Positions 13,196 through 26,612 of a stretch of DNA of 64,000 bases are shown here, in pieces. The stretch covers positions 98,022,001 to 98,086,000 of the forward strand of contig NC_042997.1 in NCBI RefSeq assembly GCF_006345805.1. Reading direction: 5' to 3'. Both the position numbers and the translations under genes were made by a program. Positions within the stretch are counted from its first letter, which is position 1, and every line of letters begins with the position of its first letter. The DNA is from Octopus sinensis. Taxonomy: Eukaryota. The notes under the pieces were generated by a model. It had not been told where the DNA came from and ran no database searches. It saw nothing but the letters and a program-made list of their open reading frames with translations.

Positions 13196-13346
13196 CAACA
13201 ACAACATTGAAAAATACCTTAGGAATGAGAACCCAGGTTCTAAATTTCCCCAAGACATCTGATGAAGGCTGGAGGGTATATCAGCCGAAAAGTTGTGTTA
13301 ACAATAAACAAGATGAGGACAAATATCCGTCAAATGTAAATAATGT
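13008..13346 (+). mobile_element. tRNA-headed, (AAT)n-containing, hammerhead-bearing element; right member of the pair, lacking the terminal ~33-bp tail
   Basis: Reverse complement of 12680-13002, separated by the 5-nt spacer tcacg. It ends at aaataatgt. Confidence 0.85.
13254..13299 (+). ncRNA. Minimal type I hammerhead ribozyme motif (C15.2 changed to A)
   Basis: gacat-CTGATGA-a-ggctg-gagggtatat-cagcc-GAAA-a-GTT^gtgtt. Stem II has 5 bp. Stem I is gacat/gtgtt. Confidence 0.7.
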
Positions 13347-13454
13347 GAAAAGATACACGTCTCTTATTTTTTCCACTTTTATTTTCTATTTTTTCTAAAA
13401 ATATTTTTGACCGCTTCCAGAAATTTCTCACTTTTATTTGTCTCGAAGCAATTC

Positions 13455-13700
13455 AGGAATTTCAAGGTTTTCGAATTTCTGATTATGAAGGTTTTCGAAT
13501 TTCGTAATATGGTTTTCGGATTTCGGAATATGAAGGCTTTCGAATTTGGGAATTTTAAGGTTTTCGAATTTCGGAATGTGCAGGTTTTTCGAATTTTGTA
13601 ATTTGAAGGTTAATGAATTTCGGAATTTGACGGCTTTTGAATGTCAGCATTTGATGGTTTTCGAATTTCAGAACTTGAAGGTTTTCGAATTTCAAGATTT
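13455..13700. repeat. Minisatellite, about 10 x ~24 bp (gaaggttttcgaatttcggaattt)
   Basis: Recurrent ggttttcgaatttc at about 24-bp spacing. Confidence 0.9.
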
Positions 13701-14044
13701 CTGATAACGGAATGCCAACTGCATTTGTATAAAGCTTGTGTTGGTCACTTGTTGTTTAGAGAAGATTGTATGTGGCCTCTCGAGCTGATAGAATTAATAG
13801 CCGAAGCTCATTTAAATCCAAAACTAATCTAATACTACCGACGTACAAAAAAAAAAATACGAGACGGTCATGGCGTGAATGCTTAGTTAGGGGTGTGTTG
13901 AGTGGGAAGGTGAGTTTTTGGCTCGAAGACAATGACGACGATGATGACGATGACGGCCACCACCACCACCACCACCACCACAACCGCCACCACCGCCGCC
14001 GCCACCGCTAACAACAGTAGTAAGAATGCCTGTACCCGGTTGTA

Positions 14045-14225
14045 TTACTTTCTAGCAACAGCAGCCAAATCTTCCTCCAATTACACTCTACAATCTTCTT
14101 TTAAAAAGGACTCATTGGATAATGCAGTCCTAAATGCATTTAATTTGAATAAAAGGTTGGGCAATAATAAGTGGAATACATTTGGTCGTTGGTCTGCTCG
14201 ATCCAGCTATCCTGGAGCTAAACAA
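14045..14225 (-). mobile_element. Old interspersed repeat family D
   Basis: Reverse copy of the motif set tttag.cccagg...gagcagacc...attatccaatg...gatttggctgctatttctag, also seen at 17400, 18085, 18362, 19200, 32545 and 58790. Confidence 0.55.
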
Positions 14226-15660
14226 CGGCAACAGCAGTAGTAACAACAACAACAATAGGAGCGTCAGCCACAACGACAGCGAGAAGGTTTTATATAATCA
14301 TATGAAGCTTAACACAATTAATCAGGATGAGAAGAAGGAATTCCCTGTCTCTCTCTCCTACCCTCTTCTCTCCTCTCCTCTTTTCTCTTCTTCTCTCTTT
14401 CTTTCCACACTCTTTCTCATTCGCGCTTACATACATACATGCACACACCCGCACTAAAATAGGTCGTTATACGTCTAACTCTCAAATGTGGTCACTAGAA
14501 TTCCGTGAGAAAAAAATTACTTGAGGATGATGATTGTTATAAAGAAGCATAATCATTATACTTAGTGTGAAGTTTGCACAGAAAGGATGGAAGCCTTCAG
14601 TATAAATGATATATCTTCCAGAATTTGGCGTTTTATCCTCCACACTCTCTCAGTCTTTTATTTTTTGTGTGCATATATGTGTATATACAGATACACACAC
14701 ACATACACATATATAAATGTAAATGAATAGATAGTCATTTTTGTTCAATTCATGCTACGTACGTTTCGGCAGCTGGGGAATTTATTTACGCACCATATGT
14801 TACTTAATGTAATCTGAAATTACATAATTTGCTTTACACAATATGCTTTATAACCATTTATCTCGGTTCAGGAATCTTGACGTGTTGGCAGTTAGATCGG
14901 TCCACAAGTAACTCATTCTACAAGAAAACCGATCTCTAGCACTGCTCTTAATATTGGGATTACAACATAATTGTGGAACATGATGTTACTCAAATTTCAA
15001 TTTCTTTAGTTTTCTATCATCGCTGTATCTTCGGGACCAAGCATAGTTCAGAAAATAAAAAGAGTAGGCCGAGTGAGAATATGTGATCATTATTTATTTA
15101 ATTTTTGTTGAAAATTCCTTATTATTTAACACGCTGATGATGTCATAAATAAGAATAGTATATTAATTTTCGTAGTTATGCATAAATTTCATAAGAGAGT
15201 TATTATAACCCAGAATTTTTGCAAAACTTAGAGAAATGTAATTGCCAATGAATATTTACAGCAGGATAACGAATTTGTAAAAAAAAAAAAGTACCTTTTC
15301 ATGAAGATAACCCATTCTGTCTCTATGTAACCCCCCACACACACGCAACCATGCGATGGGCTTCCACACAATTCCCGTTCACCAAAACACTTACAAGGCA
15401 TTGGTCAATTTTGGGCTATAGTAGAACGTATTTACCCAAAGTACCGAAAAGCATATATATATAAGTTCGTTTCTGTTTTTGTTTTTATGTTTTCGTTTCT
15501 CATTGTGTTCAGCATTTTTTTGATGTCTTGTACCCATATATGCATGCATATATACATATACATGTAGGTATGTACATATATGTATGTATATATGCATATA
15601 TTTATATATTATTTATATCATTATATGATCGAACACCACGCATCCTTTTCCAAGTAAGTT

Positions 15661-15732
<72 letters not shown>

Positions 15733-15733
15733 G

Positions 15734-15854
<121 letters not shown>

Positions 15855-15878
15855 GTCTGTCTGTCTGTCTGTCTCTCG

Positions 15879-15953
<75 letters not shown>

Positions 15954-16386
15954 AATATATATACAAATATATATGTATGTATGTATGTATATATTTATAT
16001 ACGCGTACATAAATACACTCACAGACATATACAGTTATATACACACACATACGTGTGTGTGTGTGTATGCGCGTGTGTGTGTGCGTATGTGCGCGCGTGA
16101 GCTCATGTGTATAAATTCGGAATAGATCATCTGCTTGTGTATATATGAAAAAATATACGATGGAAATTACGTAATACACCAAAGCGTATATGAATTAATT
16201 AGTTCTATACAAGAGCGTTTTTTGCTGTTGTTGTTGTTGTTTTGCTTTACTCTAAGAAAAAAAATTGAATCTATAATTCCTGGAGGAGGCAAACTAATTA
16301 GACAAAACACTTTCAGAACAAGACCTGAATCTTGTGTCTGAGTTTCTGTCAGTTTTCCTGTCTGTCTTTTTCTTTCTTTCTTTCTG

Positions 16387-16471
<85 letters not shown>

Positions 16472-16505
16472 TTCCTTCCTTCCTTCATTCATTCACTCCT
16501 TTCTG

Positions 16506-16550
<45 letters not shown>

Positions 16551-16666
16551 ATTCCTTTCCTTCTTTCTTTCCTTCTTCCTGTCCCCCTCTCTGCCTCCCT
16601 TTCTCTTTCTCTCATGTGTACGTATGTATGCGTACATATTCATGTATATATATATGTTTGCCGGTA

Positions 16667-16708
<42 letters not shown>

Positions 16709-17399
16709 TGTGTGTGTGTGCGTGCATGTATGCAATTTGTGCTGAGACACGAATGCAGTCTGTTAGCAACATTGATTCATAATTTTCAGAGTATATTAAT
16801 TTCTAACGTACAGGGATTCAAATTTAGAAAAGGAACTGTCGTCATTTAAATTGCTTCCAGTTTTGTACTGTTACTTTATTTTATCGAGCCGCCAGAGGAT
16901 GAAAGACGAAGCCGATCTCGGCAGAATTCGAACTCAGAATACTTAACAGAACGTTACTAAATCCTGTGAAAAATTTCATGCGAAGCTCTGACAACCAATA
17001 CACCACCCACTTCGGTTCTGAATATATTCAAAATATTCCATGTAGATCACTAGATTTCTGAACTCTACTACACAGCTTAGTACTACTATATTCAGTGTGT
17101 TTACATTTATGGTCGTCCATAGTTTTCCGTAGACATTTATAAATGTTCGTAGTTGTCCATTCCTAATATCGTATTGTTCGATTTAATAACGATATCCTAC
17201 TTTCATTTCTAACAAATGTACAATATCTTTCGTACCATGTAATTTAGTTTTCCAAATTTTGGTTATAACGTTCGACGAAGACAACAACTGTAACAACACC
17301 AACCGTCATTTCCACCATCACCACCACCACCACCACCACAGCCGCCGCCGCCGCCATCATCATTATTAATACTACCCTTGTGCTAATATGGTTGTTGAT

Positions 17400-18560
17400 G
17401 TTATGCAACTCCAGGTTACCCCTGATTAGAAACTGTGACCAATGGTATCATAACCGCACCCGTTTTTCCCCATAATTTTAAGGAATACATACTACTACGT
17501 TATCCAATGTTTTTGCCTTATTTAAAACAGCAGGTTGCGATTTGAAAGAGATTTGGTTGCTATTTCTAGTGAACCAACTGACTACTAGGACACTCCCTCT
17601 GTTGCTAAATGGCAATAGAATAAGTTAAGGGTGTATCTCAATTCTCCATAATGTATGTATGCATATATGCATGTATTTATGTATGTATGTATGTATGTAT
17701 GTATGTATGTATGTATGTATGTATGTATGTATGTATGTATGTATGTGTCTATCTGTTTGTCACTCATTCAATCTATCAACCAATCAATCAATCAATCGAC
17801 CAACAAACAAACCTATCTATCTATCTATCCATCTGTCTGTCTGTCTGTCTATGTCTATCTGTCGAAACATCTCTTCATGTGTGTGTATGTGTGTGTGTGT
17901 GGGCGCGCGTGTGTGTGAGTGTATGCATACACACATGTACACATATGTATTTTTGTATATATCTGTACTAATGAACTATATAACCTTACATGTGCCTATG
18001 TTAAAAATCAATATATGTAATAGTAGCGGCAGTTCTTTAGCTGTGTTTTGTTGTAATAATAACGTTGCTGTAATTGTTTTTGTTGTTTAGCCCCGGGCCA
18101 GTAAAGACTGAGCAGACCTATGATAAAACACATTCTCTGCCTAATCTTTCCATCTTTTTTTTGTACATTCAGAATTATATTAATCGTCATATCCAGTCTG
18201 TTATTTCTGTAAAATTCAATTTTAATTTAAATCTGTAGGTTGTGATTTGAGAGGGATATGTCTGCTATTTCTTGTTGATCGTGGAATTGCTTAAATTCCT
18301 CTCTTTGGCTCGAGTAATAGTAATAGTAGTAGCAGTAGTTGTTGTTGTTACTGCTGTTGTTTAACCCTAGTCAACCTTGATTGATTAAACTCATGATAAA
18401 AAGGCATTCCAACCATGGCTATCTTTTAAGGGTGCCTGGGATTACATTATCTAATGTGTACGTCACCATATTTTTAAGACAGCGGGGTTTAATTTGAGGT
18501 AGGTTTTAGTTGCTATATCTAACAAATCAGGTGACTCTGTAGAGGCTTCTTCACTGGGTC
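17400..18560 (+). mobile_element. Cluster of three diverged family D copies (about 17400-17600, 18085-18300, 18362-18560) separated by microsatellites
   Basis: Each carries gatttgagagaga-like and tgctatttct motifs. Confidence 0.5.
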
Positions 18561-20223
18561 GTATAATGGTAGGAGTTAGTTGTATAATAGTGAATAGTAA
18601 TAGTAGTAATAGCAGCAGCAGTCATTGGAGGTTAGCGTTACTTGTGCATTAGCAGTGAAAACTCCTAACAATTTATTATTATTATTATTATCATCATCAT
18701 CATCATCATCATCATCAGTAGTAGTAGTAGTAGTGTTTCGATCTCTTGCGTATCATATATCTTTATTTACAACTGTTTTGCAAGTAGATCGCCTCCACCA
18801 TTATATCGAAAAAGAGAGAAAGAAAAGGAAAAAGAAAATAGAAAGAAAAACTATCGTATCATCGTCTCTCTTCACTACAACCAGCAGCATCTGTATCAAA
18901 AGAGGATTGGCGACAAGCTAGAAATAGCAGTCAAAATATCATTTTCAAATTACACTTTATAGTCTTTTGAAAAAAGTACGCATTGCAAGACGTAGTCATG
19001 TTAGAGCGCGTATGTCATGTGGATTACACTACAGATATACAGACACACACTGTCAGAATAATAATTTTTAAAAAGGAATGGCCACAGCTGCAATGGTCTT
19101 TCATAATAAGTCTGGTAGGTTAAGACGGACGTGAAACTAAATACAATACCAACAGTAGGAATCTTAACTAAATAACCCCTCAAGGTTCACTTTAAGTTTA
19201 GAAGAGGTATCAGATAATATTGTCTAAAATACAGTCAGAAATTCAAATGTGGGGATGGTCACGACTGGAACACATTTGATCATAACTCTGTTGGGTCAGG
19301 ACTTGGTCAAAACTACAAACATGAACAAAGAAGGAGCCTTGACCTGTTACACAAAGCAGTAAAATCAACCTCAAACCACAGTCGTGTGTCTTATTAAAAG
19401 TACGCATCGAATAATGTCTCACATAGATACTATGCCTCAATAAAATCACCACAGGGGATAGGTTTGCTTCGATCATAACTGACCTGGGGTTAAACAACAA
19501 CCAGAACAACAAGTGTAACATCCTACTGAGGTCTTTTCGAGGAACGAAAAATTAAAACATCCGTCAAGTACTGGGTCTGGTTGATAACACAGCTAACTGT
19601 TGGTTCCTTCCAACATTTCTGGCCTTGTGCCTATAAAAAGAAAGTCATTATTTAAACGATTTTCATAATGTTTTACTCAATTCTATTTCATTGGTTTTGT
19701 TTTGTGTTGCTTTTGTGAATGTTTTTCACCGAATTCTGTCATCTGTCGCTCCCCATCCTCCATCCTTTCTCTTAGCAGACGATTTTTGTTTTTTAAATGA
19801 GGAACTAGCAGTGTCACCATTACATCAGATGACGGAGAGAGAAAGAGGGAGGGAGAGAGATGGGAAGAGGAGAGTCAGAGTGACAGAGAAAGAAAAAGAG
19901 AAAGAGAGTGAGTAAGCGAGACACCGTGATATGACGTCATTTAACAGTTCTGTCGCTTTACATTCTTCATCTTTCTAGTAAATGGCTTTCACAATGCAAA
20001 TAAGCGTCAACGCACTCCTACTCGTTCACACAATCATTCACTCACTCACTCACTCATTCACACACACACGCGTGCGCGCGCGAAGTGGCAGATACAACGC
20101 GTACACATGCTAGCTCAACAAGCTATGCGAGTCCATAAAAACTACGGTCACACATATGGATATGTTTTAGCGCATATACCGCGCACAAATTTATAAAAGG
20201 GTGTGTGTGTGTATCTGTTGAGG

Positions 20224-20281
<58 letters not shown>

Positions 20282-21054
20282 GTGTGTGGTGTGTGTGTGT
20301 GTGTGTGTGAGTATCTATACATATAAATTTGACAAGGGCGATTCTTTCTTGTCTTGGGATTCACGGTCAAACGGCTGGGTGGAATTGCGCGAAAAATTAC
20401 ACAGACATGTAGAATGATCCGGTGGTGTGGTTGGGCTTTATATTTTTTCATATCTCCCATGGTTACCGAGATATTCTACTATAATAATACTCTTGTGTTT
20501 ATGAATAAGAAAGGAAGGGGTGATGTCATACTCGGTAGTGGGAGGATGAAAATAGTACGCTGAAAAAATAAATCAAACAGCGTTTCAACTCTGCGTGAAT
20601 ATATGTGTGTGTATGTAAAAGTATGTGTATGTGAATGTGTGTGTGTGTGCGTGTGTGTGTTTGTGTGTGTGTGTTTGTGTGTGTATGTGTGCGTGCGTGT
20701 ACTTGTGCGCAGTGGAAGTGGGATTTTTTTGTGAAGTCTTTCTTTGTAGGCTTTCATTCAGTTATTTGTTTTTGAGTTTCAGATGACTTTTTTTTGTTTT
20801 TAAATTTTGTGTAATATTTCGCATTGAGGTTGAGGCATTTAACGTTTTCCAGTTATTATTTTTCTCTTGTTTTTTGACCTTTGAAAATTTAAAAGATTTT
20901 TTACCTATTTTTTATTTCTTTTAATTTTTGTTTTATTTTTATGTTTGTTTCTGTTGATTTATCCAGCTAAGTGTTTGTATTTTATTATGAAATTGGTAAG
21001 AAGCACATACATACATACATACATACATACATACATACATACATACATACATGC

Positions 21055-21111
<57 letters not shown>

Positions 21112-21169
21112 CGTATATATACATGTATATATATATATATATACATGCATATATATATACATGTATATG

Positions 21170-22058
21170 TCAACTACATATGTGGAAAATCGGTGTGTGT
21201 TTGTTTATGGCGTTGTTAGCTAATCCTCCTACATCATTTTATTGATTTTGCTGAAACTTGACACTTGAATAGAGCTCATGTATGGAAACCTCGTGACATA
21301 CTTAGATTGTTGAAAAAATCGATAATAGGGGTCTTCCAATGGATCCTTCTAGCTACTACATATTACTAATATTTTATTTAAACAACCCAAGGGTAATAAG
21401 CCATACCAGCTGCAGATTTTAGCGAAGCTTTCAATATTTGATTCTCACAATCAGCCGACCTAATTCTGCATTTCACTGCTCACAGTTTTGAACTGCTGAA
21501 CATTATTATTGCACTTCCATGATTTGAATCTTAAACCTTAAAGACTTCATTCATACATTTCTATACATACATACTTGCCCATTACCCCGATAATTCTGCA
21601 TTTTTACAGTTACACTTTTCCATGGCAATAGATGATTTTTTTTTATTTCACAGCGTATTTGTTGTGGCTTCATGCAGGCATAACGTGAATTTGATTGCCA
21701 AATTTCACTTAACACTTCAACAGCGCTTTTCTCATGGTAAAACAATAATTTTTCTGTGAATGACAGCAGTTAAACATTTCCCAGATGCCTCCGTTAAGCA
21801 CAATAATGTATTTGCCTCTCGCCAACCTCCGACAACCTCTCTCACCAACGTCCGACAATCTTTCTCGCCAACCTCTGAAAACCTCTCTCGTCAACCTCCA
21901 ACAATCTCTCCCTCCTCCAGCTGACAGTATTTTGTACTTTTTCGTGACGGAAAATACACCTTTTTGTGGCAGTTATAACAAAATTGCTTTCTTATATCAG
22001 AATAATAAGGCGTTCCAAGAGAACATCTTTACCCGGGAATTACCGGGTACACCAGCTA

Positions 22059-22059
<1 letters not shown>
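21170..22059 (+). mobile_element. Non-autonomous Helitron
   Basis: It ends in the hairpin acccggg-aatta-ccgggt, a short spacer and CTAG followed by T (22056-22060). A TC start near 21170 is approximate. It has an internal ~22-bp tandem repeat at 21815-21910. Confidence 0.7.
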
Positions 22060-22117
<58 letters not shown>

Positions 22118-22500
22118 ATATAATATGCATATTACAAACAACTTCTTTGAAACAGAAATATGTCAATGCTGTAGATTAATACATATTTTGATAATAATTC
22201 TGCCCATCCCTTGCCAAGCCAGAGAATGAGCCGGTCGAGGAACTCCTAGAGTTTGCTTAGTCCACTATACAAGCTGGTAAATCAGGTCCAAAAGTGCCGC
22301 CATGGTCGAACGGCGGCCTCGCATCCTCACCTCTAAGATACGTAGCCGTAACCATCAAGACTGACCTCGGGATAATCAACCGCTATAACAACAAACACGT
22401 AAAGGCAGGCACAGTCGACTAACTACAAATAGCGGCGATATCATCAATACAATCACGCTTTATCATGTAGGTAGCACATAGTTTCGTCAAATGATATATT

Positions 22501-22738
22501 AAGGTGGCGAGCTGGCAGAAACGTTAGCCCGCCGGGCGAAATGCGTAGCCGTATTTCGTCTGCTGTTACGTTCTGAGTTCAAATTCCGCCGAGGTGGACT
22601 TTGCCTTTCATTTTTTCGGGGTCGATAAATTAAGTACCAGTTACGCACTGGGGTCGATATAATCGACTTAATCGGTTTGTCTGTCCTTGTTTAGCCCCTC
22701 TGTGTTTAGCCCCTTATGGGTAGTAAAGAAATAGATAT
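22501..22738 (+). mobile_element. tRNA-derived SINE family B, young 'linker-tail' form (monomer)
   Basis: Head ggcgagctggcagaaacgttagc, B-box gagttcaaattcc, central gcctttcat...ggggtcgataaattaagtaccag domain, tail gtctgtccttg...aaagaaatag. Confidence 0.85.
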
Positions 22739-22789
22739 ATTTCACGTGAATAAAAGAAAGCAAGATCACTACTAAAACTCTTTTTGATC

Positions 22790-22990
22790 ATAGTTTTATT
22801 CGTTCATTTGAAGATACACCATCTGACTGCGGTTATGCTGGAGCACCGCCTTTATTCTTTGTAAGCCTAATACTTGTTCTATCGGTAATTTTTCCCGAAC
22901 CGCTAGCTTACGGGTGCGTAAACACACCAACATCGGTTGGCAAGCAATAATGGGGGACAAGCATAGACACACGCGCGCGCGCGCACACAC
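22790..22990 (-). mobile_element. SINE family A, 3' half
   Basis: Reverse complement of ...gcttgccaaccgatgttggtgtgtttacg...ggtgctccagcat. Confidence 0.7.
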
Positions 22991-23207
22991 ACATAGTTGA
23001 GACAGACAAACTTATTTAAATATTAATTTATGTAGTCACACAACACCTCAGACTCATTTGCATACATAGAACGACTATTCCCACCTTAATATCTTCTATT
23101 ATAATTATAATGAATATTAATCATAGTTACTTAAACACATGCAATTATTTGGAAATACTTATACGCAATATCTCATGACTACTAATAAGCGAATAGTACA
23201 AAGACGC

Positions 23208-23300
<93 letters not shown>

Positions 23301-23409
23301 GATAATGGGTATCTATATGTATGTGTATTATACAGTATTATGATAAGCTCCCTTATAACGTGCGAATAAATATACATACGCATATATATACATATATATA
23401 AACAGATAC

Positions 23410-25690
23410 ATAATGACTTAAGCCCGATTTTGAGTGATGTTTTCACTAGCTGGCTCTCTTAAACATGGGGAGCACGAATGTGGCTTTTCAGTCCTGCTAC
23501 AAACTTAAAACTCTTGTGCGCAGATATGGCAACAATGGCTGCCTCTTACAGTAGGTGTTATAGTATTGTTTTGGCGAACCTTTACATGACAGTTCAGTCC
23601 ACTTCTAGTACACATTCTTTGCTACACTCTCTGCAAGTAGAGATGCCGTACAATGAACAGGTAAGAAGTTCTCGGTGTCTGGCCATACTCTTTTACATGT
23701 TGAATCGGGCGCTATGCCAACATACTGAGATAAATCAACATCAAGTCACTTACGAACACTTCTCTCTCTCTCTTGAATTTTTCATACTCGATACGATTTC
23801 GTTCGAATTTCTTCCTCCCATCATGAATTTCTTCCTCCCATAGCAAAGTTTTTCTATCCATTTCCCAAGATTTGGCCTTCTCCAGTGTGTTCTTGATACT
23901 ATTCTTATAACTTAATTTTGGTTTGTGCTTTGGTTTTTTATTTTGGGCTAAATCTCCATACAGAAACTATTTGGGGGATCTGATCATCTTTCACCTTGAC
24001 CACATAACTATTCCATCGTAATCGGTGCTCAATTACTAGAGACTATATACTGGAAAACTGATTGTATTCGAGGACTCCAGCGCCACTAATATACATTTGC
24101 CATAAGATATCCAATAAACGGCGTCAAAAATATTTCTGTCTTTATATTTCATTTGTTTCACTTACTGGACTAGGCTATAGCAGAAGACACTTGCCCAAGG
24201 TGCCACACAGCGAACTGAATACAAAACCGCGTATTTGCGAAGCGAATCTCTTAACCACACAGTCGCGTTTGGTGAAATTGCTCCAGTTTTTCATGTCTCT
24301 CGTAACTCACGTTTCACATGCATATACCAACAAAAAGTTAAACACAAGAATTCTAGACATTTAGCTTTGTCTCATTTAAAACTCTATGCCGAGACCATAA
24401 ACGTCTATCAAATTTTCCGAATGAATCACCGACTTTCTTGATTCGGAAGGTCTCATCATCAGGAGTATTTGTCATGCCTAAATATACATGAAGCACTTTT
24501 TGTCTACTCACATAAGTTTTGGCTCAGATTTAGCTTCATCTGGTGCAGATTGGTGCACTAAGATTGACATTTTAGGCTGCTGGTTAGACCCAGTGCACAG
24601 CATGCTGTCGGGGAGGAGGCCAAAAGAAGCTGCATGTCACTCTGGGAGTGAGCAAAAAGATCACAATCGTCAGTATGTAGGAAATACGAATTTATGCATT
24701 AGTGATGACAACAGATTTGTTATGGTAGGAAACCGTTTTATATTCAATATTCTACCAATTTTTCAGTATCTGGTCCCATGCAAGAAATCTTCAACAGCCA
24801 TCAAACAAACTATAGCAAAGTGCAATGCCAGCAGATTTGGCACTGGTATCTTCCCTTCTTTAACACCATTTTCAGCCAAAATTTGATTAGAGAGCTTTCC
24901 ACCCATGTTGATACATGTTTTCATTCCATCACGGAAACATCTAAGCAAATAGACAGACTCACTACAATACCTTGCCTCTTCGGAATGCTACATTAAGAAT
25001 TTCCACTTGCGGTATCAAAAGCCATAGTCAGATTAACATTAGCAAAGGCTTGACACAGGTACATCTGCTTAATTCCTTTTTCCTGTAGTTTCCAAATAGT
25101 AACGATCATATCTGCTGTACCATGTTATTCATGAAATCACACTGAAACTCAGGAAGGACCTCGTTAGCGATGCCTTTTAAAAATCTGCCCAGCCTGATCA
25201 TACACAACACATTGTCTACAGCGGAGATATTCCACAGTAAATCCAGCAGTCATCCTCCCCACCTTTCTGTTTATAGAGAACTATCATCAGCGCATCTTTC
25301 CAATGACTTGAGACGCTCTCTTCAATCCAAATATTTTGCATTTATTTCGCCGTTGAAGTAGTTTTCACTTCCACATTTCAAGGTCTCACAAGAGAATGCA
25401 TCTAATCCAGACGACTCACCACTATTTAGCTTTTTGCCGCCATTTTAGCTTCAAGGAAAAGAGTTTCTACCATGTGTTCTATTGTAAGCATGCTGAGAAT
25501 CAATCCAACAAATTCATTATCAACATTTAAAGGCTCATTTAAAGATCGTTAAAATGTTCTCTGCATCGGACAGGAATATCCTTAGAATCTATGAGCAATT
25601 TCTTTCCTTTCAGAGTACGAAGAGGAGCAACAGAAGAGGAAGATGGCACACAAACTTCCTATAACTAGTTATACAGATGCTTCGTATAGT
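23410..25690 (-). mobile_element. Decayed RTE-clade LINE, RT domain to C-terminal C2H2 fingers, interrupted by a family A SINE (about 24145-24262)
   Basis: Minus-strand peptides: WKDALMIVLYKQKG, EVLPEFQCDF, NLTMAFDT, FLHTDDCDLFAHSQSDMQLLL (YADD region), and CRECSKEC..SGLNCH and CHIC..F..GLKSHIR zinc fingers. Many stops and frameshifts. Confidence 0.85.
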
Positions 25691-25782
25691 TGGAATCAGA
25701 TAAAACGATGACGACGATAAGAACAACAACAACAACAACAGTAGCAGCAATAGTAATAGTAGTAGTAGTAGTAGTAGTAATC

Positions 25783-26197
<415 letters not shown>

Positions 26198-26213
26198 GTA
26201 TTATTATTATTAC

Positions 26214-26247
<34 letters not shown>

Positions 26248-26277
26248 TGAAGTAGTAGTAGTAGTGATAATAATAAT

Positions 26278-26350
<73 letters not shown>

Positions 26351-26371
26351 GTAATAATAATAATAATAATA

Positions 26372-26460
26372 ATAGCTGGACCCGTGAAAAATTCACGGAA
26401 AACAAAAAATGTACGCATCTTTAAACAATACACTGTTGCCATGAGAAATGTTTGTATATT
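26372..26460 (-). mobile_element. Probable Helitron 3' end fragment
   Basis: Minus strand: hairpin ccgtgaa-tt-ttcacgg followed by gtccagCTAT|t, a variant of CTAG|T. Confidence 0.4.
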
Positions 26461-26464
26461 ATGA

Positions 26465-26612
26465 CCGTCTGTCTTTACGTTCTGAGTTCAAATTCTGCCG
26501 AGATCGACTTTGCCTTTCCTCCTTTCGGGGTCGATAAATTAAGTATCGGTTATGTACTGGGGTCGATCTAATCAACTGACCTCCTCCCCACAAAAGTTTC
26601 AGGCCTAGAAAA
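26465..26612 (+). mobile_element. SINE family B, headless body
   Basis: acgttctgagttcaaattctgccgagatcgactttgcc...ggggtcgataaattaagta. Confidence 0.75.

Noticed and set aside
11892-13700. CRISPR array
   Set aside because: The context is eukaryotic and the repeats are contiguous degenerate minisatellites without unique spacers.
13932-14240. Poly-T/A ORF as a low-complexity transcription-factor exon
   Set aside because: It is a trinucleotide microsatellite running into a reverse copy of repeat family D.
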